A DNA stretch of 64,000 bases from Hyaloraphidium curvatum SAG 235-1 (Eukaryota; Fungi; Monoblepharomycota). Each line of letters opens with the position of its first letter. Positions within the stretch are counted from its first letter, which is position 1. The DNA lies in contig JAIVFI010000033.1 in the NCBI GenBank assembly GCA_025558095.1, forward strand, positions 248,001 to 312,000, in the 5' to 3' direction. The notes below the pieces were generated by a model. That model was given only the letters and a program-made list of their open reading frames with translations. It made no database searches and was not told the origin of the DNA. Positions 23,055 to 35,690 of the stretch are shown in pieces. A program made the translations under genes and the position numbers.

Positions 23055-24056
23055 ATGGACGAGTTTCCATTCGGAGGCCTCCAAATCGATGATGCGGCCG
23101 ACGCAGCAAAGGACAAGCAGCCAAAGGCCCCGCTGCCGGCCTACGTGCCGAATGTGCAGCGGCCTCGATGGTTCCTGGACAGACCGGCCACCCTGGAGCA
23201 GAAGGAGAGGAACCGAAAGGAGAGCAGCCTGAAGAGGGATGCCCAGACCTTGGTCCATTCCGTCAACCTCGCGTACTTCGAATGCCGGACCCCTCCAGAC
23301 TACCGTCGTTGCTTGGAACTGGCGCGGAAGGTGCTGGATGAGGTCGTCGAGAAGAGGGCCCTTCCGCAAGGGGACCTCAGGGCGCTGGAGGAGACCATTG
23401 TACGCTGCGCGATGAGAGTCGAGGACTGGGATCTTGCAAAGCAGCATGCGACGGCCTTGGCGGATACTCGAGACCCCGCCATCAACTTGCTCCTCGGACA
23501 GCTGCATTCGCGCATAGCCGGCCGCCTGCCCGAGTCGTTCATGCACCTTCAGATCTGTCTCTCTGCTCCGGGCTTCAGCTCCGACTACCTGGCGGTCCGC
23601 TGTCTCGCTGAAGCACTTTTAGGTGCCAACTCGGAGTCTATTGTTGGCACGTGCCTCTTGGACGTTTCGACGGCGACCCTGTGGCGCTCCCTGAGCGGGC
23701 GGCAAACCTCTGAACTTGATCAGCATGAGGCACGGCTCGTTCCCGAGGCCGACGCGACAAAGATGAACCGCGATCGGCTTGTTGACTCCTTGGTTGCCCG
23801 AGGCGTGCTCGACACTGCTCCAGCCGACTCGAACAGCCTTGATGCAGCTAGATCCATCAATTCGGAACTGAGCTCTAAAGCCCGCGATGCGCTGCTCCGC
23901 TTGCATGCCGACCGGACGCGAGTAACGCCCTTCGACTTCGAGATCGCTCTGCTGGATGATTCCCAGATCGAATGGCTCGGCAGCAGGCTTGCTCTGATCG
24001 GCTCGAGCCAACAAAGTGACACGGTGGGCGTCGATAAATCGCCATTAGATCTTTAG
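23055..24056 (+). CDS. Uncharacterised TPR-like protein resembling C8orf76, intronless
   Basis: Acidic N-terminus, AYVPNVQRPRWF, NLAYF..DYRRCLE, LEETIVRCAMR, FMHLQICLS..LAEAL pattern recalls human C8orf76 (from memory). Confidence 0.55.
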   Translation: MDEFPFGGLQIDDAADAAKDKQPKAPLPAYVPNVQRPRWFLDRPATLEQKERNRKESSLKRDAQTLVHSVNLAYFECRTPPDYRRCLELARKVLDEVVEKRALPQGDLRALEETIVRCAMRVEDWDLAKQHATALADTRDPAINLLLGQLHSRIAGRLPESFMHLQICLSAPGFSSDYLAVRCLAEALLGANSESIVGTCLLDVSTATLWRSLSGRQTSELDQHEARLVPEADATKMNRDRLVDSLVARGVLDTAPADSNSLDAARSINSELSSKARDALLRLHADRTRVTPFDFEIALLDDSQIEWLGSRLALIGSSQQSDTVGVDKSPLDL

Positions 24057-24097
24057 GAGACGTAGATACAAAGAGCAAATGCACCGCTTGCCAAGAG

Positions 24098-26673
24098 CTA
24101 TGCTTCCTTGGACGCTTTCAGCTCTATGGCTTCACCGTTCGCTGGCGCGGGTGACCGCGCTCCACTATACGAAGGTAGTGACCCTGCAGCGCCAAGTCTT
24201 GGCAAATCGACAAACTCGGTGCCGTGCCGAAACATCTCGTACATCGCCACGACGAAAAGCAAAGCGAATCCCGCTAGGAACAAACGATGATTGCTGGCGT
24301 CGGCTGGGAGGCGTTTCGGATTCAGGGTCTTTGTACCACCCTCCTGGGCTCGTCCTTACCTGGCGTGATCATGAACCCGCCGATCACCATCAAGAGTGCG
24401 AAGAGGGCAATGTACGGCAGCACCCTGCTCCGCCAGGTTCGCCGCTCCGTCAGGAACGGAGAGGGAGCGCCCACTTTGACCTCGTACACGCCTGTGAACA
24501 AGTCAAATGCGTCCTTGGATGCCACGTTAGGGAACCAACACGTGCAGGGCTACGCACGACAAACCTGGCGGCTTCCGTCCGTAAAGTTGTTGCGGAAGTA
24601 TCGGATAACGGAGTTCAGCCCGTCGTTCAAGAGGCCTCGCTTTGTTCTCCTGCCCGTCCTGGTGTAATCGGTCTTCAGCGCTCCTGTGCCAGAGTATTGA
24701 GAGCTGATGGCATCCGCGTGGTCCGCCCACACTGCGATTATCCAGTTAGCTCCGAACACAGCAATTGTCAAAGAAGGAGACGCACTGTTCTTGTACAGAA
24801 ACTCGAAGGCGGTCTGCTCTTCCATTCGTTCCTTCAAGCTCAAGTAGCCGGCCTCTCGCAACTGCTGCGTCAGGGCTCTTCGGCCCAGCACCGATTGAAC
24901 GACGTTCGTGCGGTCCAGGCAGTCCATGCAGTTCGACCTCACAACGGAGGTCTGGATAGACAAAGTCCGGCCCTTCTCGTCGATGTGAGCGTACCTTCGT
25001 CGGTTGGTTCAGATTGGGGCCCCGCGCGTGGCCTGAAACCAACCCACCCCTGTTCGATCAAGTGGTTCTCCAGCTGATCCAGCAGGATGGAGATCCTATG
25101 CCACTGCATGTTCCGGCACTCGTGGTGGAAATCGAACCAGTTGTAGACAACCTCCAAGTCAACGAGAGATCTGAGGAGCCGCGAATATGTGTCGCCAAGT
25201 CGCATTTCGCTGCCCTTCTTGTTGACCAAGTTGACAGCAATCTGCTTCCCGTACTTTTCGATTTGCTCCTCGAAATGCAGCCGAATCACACGCTCCTGCG
25301 ATGATCCGTGGTTACAAACTGCGATATCAGCTGTCCAGGGAACTAACCGCATCAGGAGCGTTCTCAATGACCATTCGGGGGGTATACTTAAGGTTGACGA
25401 CCTGCTGCCAGAAGGTGGGAATGCTGCCCCTCGTCTGGACGTAGCTAAACATGTGTCCCCTCATGGGATCGGCGTCGCAGACAAGGATCTGTTCCGTCTC
25501 CACAAAGTTGGACACCTGTCCGAGCTGATTGATCCCTCGGGAGAAGTAGCGCGTGCCTAAAGAGGGTGTGAACAGACCCATCATGGTACTAGAGACAAGG
25601 GCACGAACCGACGCGATGGCGGCTTCTGCGAGATATCAGTGCAAAAGTCAAGCGCTTGCCGTTGATGCTTGCGGGCTTGATTTCGACAACTGAAGGCAGG
25701 CAGTCAGAGATTTTGGCACGGGGAAGGGCGAAGCTGATACCAACATCCGCAGATCATGGGCATTATGAAGCGGCCCAGCTGTGATGCCGGATTACAATTT
25801 CGATCCATAACCCAGCGTCGAATACTCACGTCCCGATCCGGCGAGCTTGCCTCCATAAATCGCTGCTGCAGATAGTGGTTGAAAAAGAACCGTTCATCGG
25901 CCTATTGCGCAAGATGCGGTGAGCCTTCTGGATCGCCGTTGGGTGAACCACGACCCACCACTGCCCACGCCGCCCCGGCATTGGGTTTCAGATTCGCCTG
26001 GCGCTGCAACGTGTGGGTAACGTGGAACGTTGACGAGAAGTAGAAGCTGTCCAGGCCCAGCATTTCCTCCAGCATCGCGAGGTACTGGTTGTCGTCGTAC
26101 ACCTGCCGTTCTGAGCTCAAGCATCGACCACCACAGGACTCAATATGCCCTACCTGTGTTTCCGACAGCAAAGTGCGATCTCTAGCAAGGGGCAGTATCC
26201 GGTACGCCGTCACCTTGTGGATATCGTGAGGGCCGATCTTCCCCATCTTTGCTCGGTCCGTCACGACGATGAGGTGCTCCCCTGAAGCCGAGTAAGCTGC
26301 ATCTCATGTCGCCCAACTCAGGCTCGTCACCTCCGTTCAACCGTATCATGCCCATTATGCCGTAAATGGTGAGGACCTCGTCGTGTCGCAACGAATACGG
26401 GGCTAGAGGCACAAGGGGCGTCCTTGAGAACAGGGTCCTGCATGAAATGAAGCCGAGTCGTCCGAACCATTGAGCTTTATGTCTCCGGTGTCCCGATAGA
26501 CGACGAGGGTCTCGGAGGGAACCGAGGGGTCCAAAAAGACGGGCTCGAAAGCATAGGCGTCCGGACAGACATAGACTGCCAAGAGGCCCGCCAATAGGCG
26601 CTGGTCAAGACAAGGAAGACGAACGGTCGCCTACGCGGACCCCACGGTGGAGGGAATCGTGTAGAGAGGCCAT
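24098..26673 (-). CDS. SAC1: Phosphoinositide phosphatase Sac1 (multi-exon)
   Basis: [69 protein letters not shown], two C-terminal TM segments. Confidence 0.95.
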
Positions 26674-26763
26674 CGCCGTCGAGGGCGTTGTGCGCGCGTT
26701 TGCATCTCAAAAACACGGCAGTTGCAGGACGTTGGGAGGGGCCTCGAGCTGGCCGACAGCACA

Positions 26764-27615
26764 ATGGAGGCAAGCAGTGCTGCTCCAGGAGCTCCCGATT
26801 TCGCCGATCTTGCGCGGCGGTATCCGTCCTTGGCACCCTACGTGCGCAAAGACAGGCAGGGGGCGCCGCACATCGAGTTCAGTGACCCTCGGGCGCTACG
26901 CGAGCTGTGCTACGCGTTAATGTGGCTCGACCACGGCATACGCATCGAGTTTCCTCTTGATTCCCTGATTCCGACCGTTCCGGGACGTCTGGAGTACGTG
27001 CAGTGGATCGGAGGGCTTCTCGCGGGAAACGATCGGCGAGCCGAGTCCCGAAAGGAGCAGTCGCCGGTCTGGGGTATTGACATTGGCGTCGGATGTTCGT
27101 GCATATACCCGTTGTTGGGCTGCGCTACCAATCCGAGCTGGAACTTCTTCGGGACGGACATCGACGATCGGAGTATTGAGTACGCCCAGGACAATGTACG
27201 ACGGAACCAGCTGGACCAGCGGATAACGCTGAAGCTGAACACGTCGCGCGATATTCTGCCGCCCGAGATCCTGCCCGACGCAGTCGCGGCCTTCGATTTC
27301 GTTCTCTGCAACCCGCCATTCTACTCTGGCCCGGCTGATTTCGTTCCAAAGGCTGCTGCGGCTCCGGGGACAAACACAGCTGGAACGCACGAGGCCATCA
27401 CCGGTGGAGGCGAAATTGCATTCGTGCTCAGGATGGTGGAGGAGAGCAAACGCCTCCGGGGCCGGGTGAGATGGTGGACGAGTTTGATCGGCAAGAAGCA
27501 GACCTTGGACAAGCTGATCTCTGTTCTCAAGGAGGAGGAAGGTATCAAGCATTCGATCGGTCAGTTTCGGCCGGGGCAGACGAGCCGGTGGGCTGTAGCG
27601 TGGAGCGTTCAATGA
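26764..27615 (+). CDS. METTL16: METTL16/RlmF-family RNA m6A methyltransferase (catalytic domain only), intronless
   Basis: LIPTVPGRLEY, GIDIGVGCSCIYPLLG, CNPPFY, GGEIAFV, WWTSLIGKK, GQTSRWAVAWS. Confidence 0.9.
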   Translation: MEASSAAPGAPDFADLARRYPSLAPYVRKDRQGAPHIEFSDPRALRELCYALMWLDHGIRIEFPLDSLIPTVPGRLEYVQWIGGLLAGNDRRAESRKEQSPVWGIDIGVGCSCIYPLLGCATNPSWNFFGTDIDDRSIEYAQDNVRRNQLDQRITLKLNTSRDILPPEILPDAVAAFDFVLCNPPFYSGPADFVPKAAAAPGTNTAGTHEAITGGGEIAFVLRMVEESKRLRGRVRWWTSLIGKKQTLDKLISVLKEEEGIKHSIGQFRPGQTSRWAVAWSVQ

Positions 27616-27729
27616 ACGCAACCAGCCTCCCGGGTCCCAGCCGATCCGATCATCAGCGATCCCCCGCCGCCACCGCAACTGATAAACCGAGTCCGGCTTT
27701 GGCTCTCTTTTCCTGAGAGCCGAGCAAAG

Positions 27730-28969
27730 ATGCCGAGTCCGTTCATCCTCGTGACCGGCTGCTCGGGCCGTTTGGGCGGCCAAATCGCCCAGAAGCTCGT
27801 CAAGGCCGGCAAGTCGGTCGTCGGCACGGACCGGGTCGATTTGCCAGGTTGCTCGCCCCGTATCGGCGCCTTCGACACTCTGACGTGTGAATGTGACCTC
27901 GAAGATGTGCTCGCGGATCTCAAGTCTAGCCCGCAGTTCAAATTCGTCAAGGCAGACCTCGTTGACGCAGCGGCAGTGGACGCCATGATGGCAGGGGCCT
28001 CCGCGGTCGTCCACGTCGGCGCCATCCCCGGCCCGTCAAAGTTCCCGCCTCCGATGGTCGACCCGAGCTGGGCGGCGAAAGCGCCGATCATTCTCGAGGA
28101 CCTGCAGCCCGGGGACCTCCTGCAGCAGAACCTCATGGGCACGTTCAACATCTTCAACTCGGCCGTGAAGTACAAGGTCTCTCGCGTCGTCTTTTCCTCA
28201 ACGGCGTTTGCCATGGGCTGGTCGCACGACCCCATGACCTTCTACCCGAAGTGGGATCAGGACCTGGTTCCATTTGGGCGGACCAGCCTGACCGGCAGTT
28301 CTTTTCAGATACCTTCCCTTGGACGAGGAACATCCTCCCATGCCCTGCGAAACCTACGGACTTTCGAAGGCTCTGGGCGAGCAGGTCGCCGACATGTTCG
28401 TGCGATCGTCCCCAGACACCTCGTTCGCGTCCCTCCGCTTCACCAACATCATCAAACGGGAAAAATGGGCGGTACGTCTCGCCATTCGGTGCGGTTATTC
28501 GACTAGCTCACGCTTTACTGGCGTAAGGATCTCCCCGCCAAGCCACCTTCGGCAGCGTGAGTCCCGGCCGGTCTTGAAACCGCTGGCCCTTGAGCTGACG
28601 TGATGATCGGACACCAGCGCACCTGTGACCCTTTTGATGTTGGCATACACCCACGAAGACGACGTGTTGGATGTCCATCTTTCGGCTCTGACCGCCGACA
28701 TCAAAGGTAAGCCTTGATCGATCACCGGCAACCGATTTGCTCATCAGGCTTGGCTAACCACCTCATCCGTAGGCCACGAATCCTTCCTTATCGCGGCTCC
28801 CGACACTCGCTTCACGGAGGCGACGACGGATGTGCTGGCGTCGACGTATCCGGGTCGGACCTTCAACTTCAAGACCAAGCTGGTCGGCAACCAGAGCATC
28901 ATCAGCGCAGCCAAGGCGGCCAAAATGCTCGGGTTCAAGCCGCGATCGTGGGCAGCGGCGAAGATCTAG
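27730..28969 (+). CDS. NAD-dependent epimerase/dehydratase (extended SDR)
   Basis: ILVTGCSGRLG, VHVGAIP, VVFSST, YLPLDEEHP..ETYGLSK, LRFTNI, KAAKMLGFKP; introns. Confidence 0.85.
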
Positions 28970-29089
28970 ACGGAGGGCAGCTGTTTCCGATGACGATCTA
29001 TCTCCACATACCCCCACCATGACATGAGCCTGGCCCATTCCACGCCCGCACCACTTTCTCACACAATCCTTCGCACTCCATTCGTTGCC

Positions 29090-29716
<627 letters not shown>

Positions 29717-29852
29717 TGTGGTGAGGGAAGGGCGGCGAGTGAAAGGTTTCGCGGACTGCAGGCCGCCTCGGTCGGACTCTGCACTGATCTACTTTCCTCG
29801 CTCGCGGAATCGTTAAATGACTAAGAAGCAGCCACAAAAGGAAACAGACTAG

Positions 29853-30924
29853 CTAATCCTCGACCTTGTATGCCACCAGCGCGTCGACTTTGTGGATGCC
29901 TGTGCCAAAGCCCCGGAGCCGAACGTGCTCCGCGTTCTGTAGATCGCCAGCGATTGCCGCGCGGAACAAAAGTAGCGCCGAGCCGGAGCAACACCGGAAG
30001 AAACGAGGCGTTAGCACAGCACTGCTGGTCTCGCTCGCAGCTCCCACTTTGGCGATCAGCCTTGCGTCCGAGTCCACCCATTCCGCGGGAACCTCCACGT
30101 TCTTGTCCGTGTACGCGAGAACGTTGAACGTCGCGGCAGCGGAAAGCACGGGAAGGAAGGAGACCGAGGCGGTGATCTGGCGCAGGATCGCCTGGATCTC
30201 CGAGTGTACCTCCTTCTCCGTCTTTTGGCTCGCGCCCAACGGTCTGCACGGTCGGCAACGCTTCAGAGCTAGGCAAAGCATTCGACGGGCCAGAATGCCC
30301 ACCGGCCCGTGTTTTCCTTGTCCTGCGCCTCGATCTCAATGTCAAACTGCCACCGCTCCAGAACCTCGCGCGTCTCTTTCGAGAGGATGACGAGCACAAG
30401 CTTCGAGATGGCCGACGCCATCAGCCAATCTGTGGTTCGAGGTGATGCGGCTTCGGCATCAGCATGGATCCATGGCCAAGCAGGGCCGAGGGAGGCCGCG
30501 ACGTACTTCGGACTTGCGACAGAACTTGGCGCAGGTACGACGTGACGCCGTCGTCGGCGGTCACCAGCAGGTTCAGGCCATACTTCTTGGTCATCTTGAA
30601 GTCCTCGGGAGCTGCAGAGCGTGTTCCAGTGCGGGGAGGGGAGCGCGGGGGCAGGCGCCGCACCATAGAGACCGCGCTGGTACAGAATGCTGGGGTTGGG
30701 GACGTGAGCCACGAATGCCGCGCGGCAATTCGATGGGACACACCTGTTGATGCCATATTCTTCGAGAGCGACAGGACGCCATGCCGACGAGTAGCGAGGG
30801 GACGGGCACACTGGTTGGCGGGCATCGGGCGCCGGCGGCGGCAGGGCCCACCGAAAAACTCGGTCACGATGTCAGTGGAGCCTTTGAGGCTGATTTTGTT
30901 CTTTGCCGAGACGACAGCAGCCAT
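29853..30924 (-). CDS. MAD2: Spindle checkpoint HORMA protein Mad2
   Basis: ISLKGSTDIVTEFF, SILYQRGLYP, KKYGL, LERWQFDI, IQAILRQITASVSFLP, FNVLAYTD, EWVDSD. Confidence 0.95.
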
Positions 30925-31085
30925 CGCGGTGGATGGGCACGAAGAGATTCGGGGGGTGGTCGCGGACGTTTTCCGCGCCCATCCCCTGTTGTTGGTGACC
31001 TTCGTCCCGTTCAATTCGACCGCAGCGCGCGGCCTCCTTGGATCTCCGGCCGCCGCCCGTCCCGCAACGCGTCGCGCCGCCCGCC

Positions 31086-33995
31086 ATGGCGACCGCCGCG
31101 GCCGCCTTCAACGTCGACTACGAGCGCGAGACCGGTGCGCGCGCCGCGCCCGCGCACCCGCCCCGCTCACCGCGCCGCAGAGATCTTCCGCCACTTCCTG
31201 GAGAAGTTCGCCACGCAGCGCCAGGCGTCGCAGGAGGATGACTTTGCCAGCCCCGAGTCGCGGAGCGCGCGCCGGCGCAGGCCGCAGAAGCAGCAGCAGG
31301 TCAGCGTGCACAAGTACAAGGACCAGCTGGTGCGCCGCCGCGTTCCGCTCGCAAATGGCTTTTATTGAGCATTGTCGCAGGCTGCCGTCGCAGAGGGGCG
31401 GTCGGACACGATTACCATCGACATGGACGACATTGCCGCGGTAAGGACCGCTCCGGCGGCCCGGCGGCCCTCCCGCTAATTGAGGCCGCGGTGCGTAGTT
31501 TGACGAGGTCGACGACCAGCTGCTCGAGCACATCCAGGAGAACACGGCGCGCTATCTGAACCTCATGCAGACCGCCATCGACTCCCTCCTCCCCATGAAC
31601 CAGGGCCGCATTACGGAGGAGAGCGACCCGCTGGAGGTGCTCATGGCGCAGCGGAGACAGCTGCAGGGCATGCAGGAGCCGAACCAGAACCCCATTCAGC
31701 GGGTCGTCCAGTTCCCCCCGGCGCTCACGCGACGATAGTAAGAGGGCCTTGGGGCGGTTCTTTCCCCATTCTGGAACTGAGAACGTCGCTCCAGCTCCCT
31801 CCAGCTCCGCCCTATGGCGAAGCAGAGGCCCGTGGCCGTGCGCGAAGTCAAGGCCGCGCAGCTCGGTCACCTCGTCACCGTCAAGGGCATTATCACGCGG
31901 TCGAGCAACGTCCGACCCCTCCTCGCCGTGGCCACGTACTCGTGCGACAAGTGTGGCAGCGAGGTTTTCCAGGAGGTCGGCGTCGCCTGACTGCGCAGCC
32001 TGCCGGATGCTGACGCTTTGCATCTGCAGATTCTCAAGTCGCAGGTCACCCCCCTCACCGTCTGCCCGTCGGAGGACTGCAAGCGCAACGGTACCAAGGG
32101 AGCGCTTCACATGCAGACCAGGGCCTCCAAGTTCAAGCGGTTCCAGGAGATTAAGCTGCAGGAGCTGGTGCGTCCGGTCTCGCGAGAATCTCGCAGCCCA
32201 CCTGACACATCTCCCGCAGACCGACCAGGTTCCCGTTGGCCACATTCCTCGGACCATGACCGTGTACCTCTACGACTCCCTCACGCGCAAGTGCAACCCC
32301 GGGGACATCGTCGAGATCTCGGGCGTCTTCCTCCCTACCCCTTACACCGGCGGCTTCGCTGCACGGGCGGCCACGCTGCTGACCGACACCTTCCTGGAGG
32401 GCACCTACGTCTACCAGATGAAGAAGTCGTACGCCCAGCTTGTGCTCACGGACGAGGTGCGGAACCGCCTCATCCAGCTCCAGAACGACCCCGCGCTCTA
32501 CGACAACCTGGCGCGGAGCATCTCGCCCAACATCTACGGGCACGAGGACGTGAAGAAGGCGCTGCTCCTCATGCTGGTCGGCGGCGTGTCTAAGGACACT
32601 GGCGACGGGATGAAGATCCGTGGCGAGCTCAACATCTGCCTTATGGGCGACCCTGGTGTCGCCAAGTCGCAGCTGCTCAAGTACATTTCCCGCGTCGCTC
32701 CTCGCGGCGTGTACACCACCGGCAAGGGGTCTTCGGGCGTCGGTCTGACGGCCGCGGTCACCAAGGACCCCATCACCAACGAGATGATTCTCGAGGCGGG
32801 CAGCTTGGTGCTTGCCGACAATGGCATCGCATGCATCGACGAGTTCGACAAGATGGACGAGAACGATCGCACGGCCATCCACGAGGTCATGGAACAGCAG
32901 ACCATCAGCATCAGCAAGGTGAACATGCGCGTCGTTCTCGCTGTGCTGCAACTAATGCGTGTCGCGTGTGCAGGCTGGAATCACCACCTCTCTCAACGCT
33001 CGCACGTCTATCCTCGCGGCGGCCAACCCCGCCTACGGCCGCTACAACACGAGGCTGCGGGCGACGCAGAACATCAACCTCCCCGCCGCCCTGCTCTCCC
33101 GTTTCGACCTCCTGTTCCTCATCCTCGACAAGCCGAACCAGGTCGACGACCACCGGCTCGCGGAGCACGTCACCCACGTCCACCAGTACGGCAAGCAGCC
33201 CGAGGTTGCCAACTCGAGGCTCATGGATGCGGATCTCATGCGGTGCGTCTCCTCTCTGCTTACAAGCGCCGCAACCGCTGATCCTGGTTGATTGCAGGCA
33301 CTACATCTCGTACGCGAGGACCTGGCGCCCCAGCGTTCCCAGGGAGGTCGCGGACTACATCGTCAACTCGTACGTCGACATGCGGAACAAGGAGGACAAC
33401 GTCTACAAGGACCTCCAGTACACCTGCGCGCGTACCCTGCTCTCCATCATTCGCATGTCTACCGCACTCGTGAGTACGTCTTCGACCGTATGGGGAAGTC
33501 AATCTGACGTTGTGCTTAGGCGCGCCTGCGGTTCTCGGACATTGTTGAGGTTGGCGACGTGGAGGAGGCGCTGCGTCTGATCGACGTCAGCAAGTCCAGT
33601 CTGCTGGACGACGACCGGTTGGACGGCGGTGCTTCGTGAGTTCCGGCCCCTGCAGCGCCGACGAAAGCTAACTGAGGATGCCATGCCCCGTGTTCGCAGC
33701 GACCCTTCCGCGGCGATCTACAAACTTATCCGCGAAAAGGCCATGCGGGCGGACGGCCAGCTGCGGAGTATCCGGTGAGATCGATTAATCAGATCAGGGT
33801 CAGCTGGGAACTGACTGCCGAATCTGCAGCACTGCCGAGGCGGTCGAGTACATCAAGCGGAAAGGCTACTCCCAGACCCAGTACGAGGCGTTCATCAGCA
33901 CCTACCAGGACGAGATGAACGTGCTTCAGGACAACGGGACCGAGCTTACGTGGATCACGGGGGCGTCCCAGCTCGACGACTACGTCGACGAATGA
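31086..33995 (+). CDS. MCM7: DNA replication licensing factor Mcm7
   Basis: [74 protein letters not shown]. Confidence 0.97.
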
Positions 33996-34247
33996 GCAAG
34001 ATCTGGAATTGGTATAGAGCTGCCAGCTTGGTGTCTGTACATATGGAAGGAGTAATTCGAAGCTATCGCAACATGATGCAACAGTGCGAATCAGACAGAG
34101 GCGTCGTCGCGTCACGATGGTCGACAGGCTTCCTGCCCCACCGACATGCTTTTGTCCCGTAGCACCCGCTTCCGCAATGGGTGGCGGTAGCTGAAGGTGA
34201 GCACCCCCTTGCGGACCAGCGCGACGAGGAGCGAGTCCAAATGCGTT

Positions 34248-35601
34248 CTAGCGTGAAGTCCAGAGCGAGTAGAGAGTCCAAGTTAGAGCAGATGACAGAG
34301 CTTTGCGCAAGATGCGGGGCGTGGTGCCCGCGAAGTAGCCGTTGAATCCTTCATCCTGGATCGAGCGTCAGACGAGGCCCAGGGTGATCGAAGCCCAGAC
34401 CGATCGAGGCAAGCGACCCACTTTCACGATCTTGACGAGAGCATGTATCAAGTTCCTGTACGTGCCCGGTTCTAGCTGTATTCGCGTCTTGGCCATGTCG
34501 AATGGTTGTGCTGCAATACGGATGATGAGCGGATGCCGGAAGACGTGACCGGTCTTGGACTGACTCATGACTGTTGACACGATGCCTCCGATCAAGCCAG
34601 ACGTCATGTTGACCAAGGACGCGGTGATTTTGTTGCTCCCGTCCGCACCGCTAGCCTCTGTTCAATGCGTGCTGCCGTCAGAAGCGCCATCGGAAATCAA
34701 CCTGGCACCACAACCCACGATTGAGCAGGCCCCGGCTTTGCTCGTAGATAAGAACGTAGAGGCCGGCTTGTGGCGCATCGCGCACCAAAGTGGCACCGAA
34801 GCTATTGAGAGCACTCCGGTCAGTGTGTGGTCCTGATAAGGTGAATGTGTACCTACCCCGCGAACAAGCCTCGCGCGCCGTCTGTCGCAATGATAGATCG
34901 GCCGGCATCGAACATGCTGTTGTAGTTGTAGAGGTTGCTCTGATAATGCGGGAACCGAGCATTAGCCCGTGCAGCCCATTCCTTGGACATCGATCCACCT
35001 CGTATCGAACTTTGATCACGGTCACCGGCATGAGGATGAAGCCGACAAACGCCCGCGAAAAACCTCCCGCAACCCTTCAACGACAATGAGACACGATCCG
35101 GCAATCTCCGCGGCATCCGATCCCCACAGGTTGACCATGTTGTCAAAGTTGTCTGGCCTCACGGAACTCTTCACGAGGTCTGTCCTCTTCCACAGTCCAT
35201 TGAGCAGCTTCCGAGACTCGTTCAAGGTGAGGAAGTACATGGACGTCCCCGGAACATTGCGAATGATGGTCGGTGTCAATCCTCGCCATAGTCCGGAGAG
35301 GCCCGATTGGCGAACAATGCTCTTGACGGTCTGCACAATGGTCCTGCGTGAGAGAGACGCGTTCGTTGAGCGAATCGTCCATTGAAGTGTGCTCCGAGCA
35401 GTCTCGCACCCTTTCCGAGGGTGTTCCTGCTGCAGCCGGGTCTTGACAAGGTCCAGCGGCTGCAGGAGGACGCACGACGCGAGACCTGCCATCGGAGTCC
35501 GATTGGCCTTCAGGCGGACCCGAAACGCGCCGAGATGTCGTACCGGACACCGCCCCGCCCGTCAAGTGCTCGAGAGCACTCTTCTTAGGCTTCCCCGCCA
35601 T
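34248..35601 (-). CDS. SLC25A38: Mitochondrial glycine carrier SLC25A38/Hem25
   Basis: LLQPLDLVKTRLQQ, LWRGLTPTIIRNVPG, MPVTVIKVRYES, ATLVRDAP, QPFDMAKTRIQ, PRILRKALS. Confidence 0.88.
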
Positions 35602-35690
35602 GCATTGACGTGGTGTTGTTTCGCGCGCCCGAAAGCGCGTCGGAGAAACAGCCTCAATTTGATCCGCTGCTTCGATCGTACTCCCCACGA

